DNA of 64,000 nt from Prochlorococcus sp. AG-355-J09 (GTDB lineage Bacteria > Cyanobacteriota > Cyanobacteriia > PCC-6307 > Cyanobiaceae), in assembly GCA_003278735.1 (NCBI GenBank), contig QCDO01000009.1, forward strand, positions 1,060 through 65,059. The letters are read 5' to 3'. The position numbers and the translations under genes are program-made. The notes beneath the pieces were generated by a model. That model was given only the letters and a program-made list of their open reading frames with translations, did not search any database and was not told where the DNA came from. Below, piece by piece: positions 62,510 to 64,000 of the stretch. Each line of letters starts with the position of its first letter. The first letter of the stretch is position 1.

Positions 62510-62938
62510 CTAAAATTCCAACCATTTTTTTACTTTGGTTAATTCAGGCCAATCTGGATATCTATTTAATCCGTCTTCAACAGATTCTTTCAACTCACTT
62601 TTCACATCTGGCATCATCATAGACATTTTTTTTATTAACTCAATATGATCCCTAACACCTTTATTATTGGTAGCCAAAAGAGCTAAAGACAAATTCATTC
62701 TTGCTTGTGGATCTTGCTGATTTAATCGAACAGCTTGTCTGGCAGCTGATAAAGCTTCTTCATTATTTTTCAAAAGTAATTGAAGCCATGATAAACAAGT
62801 CCAAGCAGCAAAATGATTTGGAATTTGCTGTATAATTTTTTGAAAATCTTGAACGATTGGAATTAAATCTTGCCCTGCTTTATATCTTGATAAAGCTGCA
62901 TTAAAATCCTCTTCAATGGGATTAATTTCGTTATTCAT
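62510..62938 (-). CDS. TPR-repeat protein
   Basis: 142 aa with an A/L/Y-spaced helical repeat pattern (ALSAARQAVRLNQQDPQARMNLSLALL). Confidence 0.6.
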   Translation of the reverse strand: MNNEINPIEEDFNAALSRYKAGQDLIPIVQDFQKIIQQIPNHFAAWTCLSWLQLLLKNNEEALSAARQAVRLNQQDPQARMNLSLALLATNNKGVRDHIELIKKMSMMMPDVKSELKESVEDGLNRYPDWPELTKVKKWLEF

Positions 62939-62944
62939 TATTTA

Positions 62945-63337
62945 TTAAACTGCAAAGGAGCTTCCACAACCGCAAGTTTGAGAGGCATTGGGATTTACAA
63001 AATTAAAGCCACCGCCAATTAATTCCTTACTAAAATCTAACTGCATTCCATAAATGTATAAAAGACTTTTAGGATCACAAACTACTTGAAAGCTTTGATC
63101 AGCTTTTAACGAATAATCATAAACTTTATCATCAGGATTTATTTCATCAGCTCCTATAAAATCCATCGTATAACTCATCCCACTACATCCGCCTGATCTT
63201 ACTCCTACCCTTAGTGCTTTTTTATCACTTTGGCCCTTCAATAAATTTGATATTTGTTCTATAGCATCATTCGTAATTAAGATACCTTTGCCATCATCAG
63301 AATTTTTAATTTCCTGTTTAACTTCTACATTTTCCAT
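62945..63337 (-). CDS. Iron-sulfur cluster insertion protein (HesB/IscA/SufA family)
   Basis: The start is at MENVEV (63337). The protein has GGCSGMSY and a C-terminal CGCGSSF. The 20-aa upstream extension in the track is unlikely to be real. Confidence 0.85.
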   Translation of the reverse strand: MENVEVKQEIKNSDDGKGILITNDAIEQISNLLKGQSDKKALRVGVRSGGCSGMSYTMDFIGADEINPDDKVYDYSLKADQSFQVVCDPKSLLYIYGMQLDFSKELIGGGFNFVNPNASQTCGCGSSFAV

Positions 63338-63436
63338 AAACGCGGGATTTCTACTATTTATAATATAAAAACTTAATCGATAGGATGCATAGAACAAACG
63401 TTATCCAAACTTGATTTGTTATAATTTTAAGAAAAA

Positions 63437-64000
63437 GTGAAAATTGCAATAGTTGGTTCTGGATTAGCTGGTCTTACAGCTGCAGTCAATTTAGTTGATG
63501 AAGGTCACAAAGTGGAAATTTACGAGAGCAGGTCATTTTGGGGAGGTAAAGTAGGAAGTTGGGAAGACAAGGATGGCAACCACATAGAAATGGGTTTACA
63601 TGTATTTTTTTACAATTATGCAAATCTTTTTAAATTAATGAAAAAAGTGGGAGCTCTAGACAATTTACTCCCAAAAGATCATACTCATCTATTTATCAAT
63701 AATGGTGGTAATTTAAAATCTTTAGATTTCAGATTCCCTTTAGGTGCTCCATTTAACGGACTTAAAGCTTTTTTTACCACCGAACAACTTACTTGGGTAG
63801 ATAAGCTCAGAAATGCCTTAGCTTTAGGGACAAGCCCAATAGTTAGAGGATTGATAGATTATGAAGGCGCAATGAAAATAATTAGAGATCTAGATAAAAT
63901 TAGTTTTAAAGAATGGTTTTTAAACCATGGTGGGAGTCAAAAAAGCTTAGAAAGAATGTGGGATCCCATCGCATATGCTTTAGGTTTTATTAATTGCAAA
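63437..64000 (+). CDS. crtQ: Zeta-carotene desaturase, N-terminal 188 codons (runs off the right edge)
   Basis: A GTG start gives (M)[57 protein letters not shown]. The frame is open to the end of the window and is absent from the track because no stop codon is reached. Confidence 0.85.
   Translation, partial: MKIAIVGSGLAGLTAAVNLVDEGHKVEIYESRSFWGGKVGSWEDKDGNHIEMGLHVFFYNYANLFKLMKKVGALDNLLPKDHTHLFINNGGNLKSLDFRFPLGAPFNGLKAFFTTEQLTWVDKLRNALALGTSPIVRGLIDYEGAMKIIRDLDKISFKEWFLNHGGSQKSLERMWDPIAYALGFINCK

Overview
This is a compact, AT-rich chromosomal segment of a marine picocyanobacterium, most likely a high-light-adapted Prochlorococcus. That call rests on gene content, namely NDH-1 subunits ndhH/A/I/G/E/D/F/M/O, ycf3, ycf34, chlM, pds-crtB-crtQ, the men phylloquinone genes and rpaA/rpaB, together with very short intergenic spacers. 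About 57 kb is densely packed core housekeeping and photosynthesis genes on both strands. The one clearly accessory stretch is about 48.6-57.0 kb. Within it, a 7.2-kb insertion (49685-56907) is bounded by an exact 19-nt direct repeat of the 3' end of tRNA-Asn(GTT). The insertion carries a complete, translationally coupled type I restriction-modification operon (hsdM-hsdS-hsdR). Diverging from hsdM is a tightly coupled three-gene cassette of small acidic or Cys-rich proteins of unknown function; one of these genes is missing from the supplied ORF track. The insertion has no integrase, but both inner arms carry the same tandem 9-mer motif, and each tRNA 3' copy is followed by its own intrinsic terminator. 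Other points not shown by the ORF track are listed below.
- prfB at the left edge uses the classical +1 programmed frameshift (CTT TGA C).
- crtQ is truncated at the right edge.
- Shorter starts are likely for ycf3 (GTG), ycf34, cysK and the iscA-like gene.
- PlsX has a repeat-containing, low-complexity N-terminal extension.
- An unannotated 48-codon ORF lies in a 235-nt gap.
No rRNA genes, CRISPR arrays or transposases were seen. All functional calls come from reading motifs by eye, and no database search was run.
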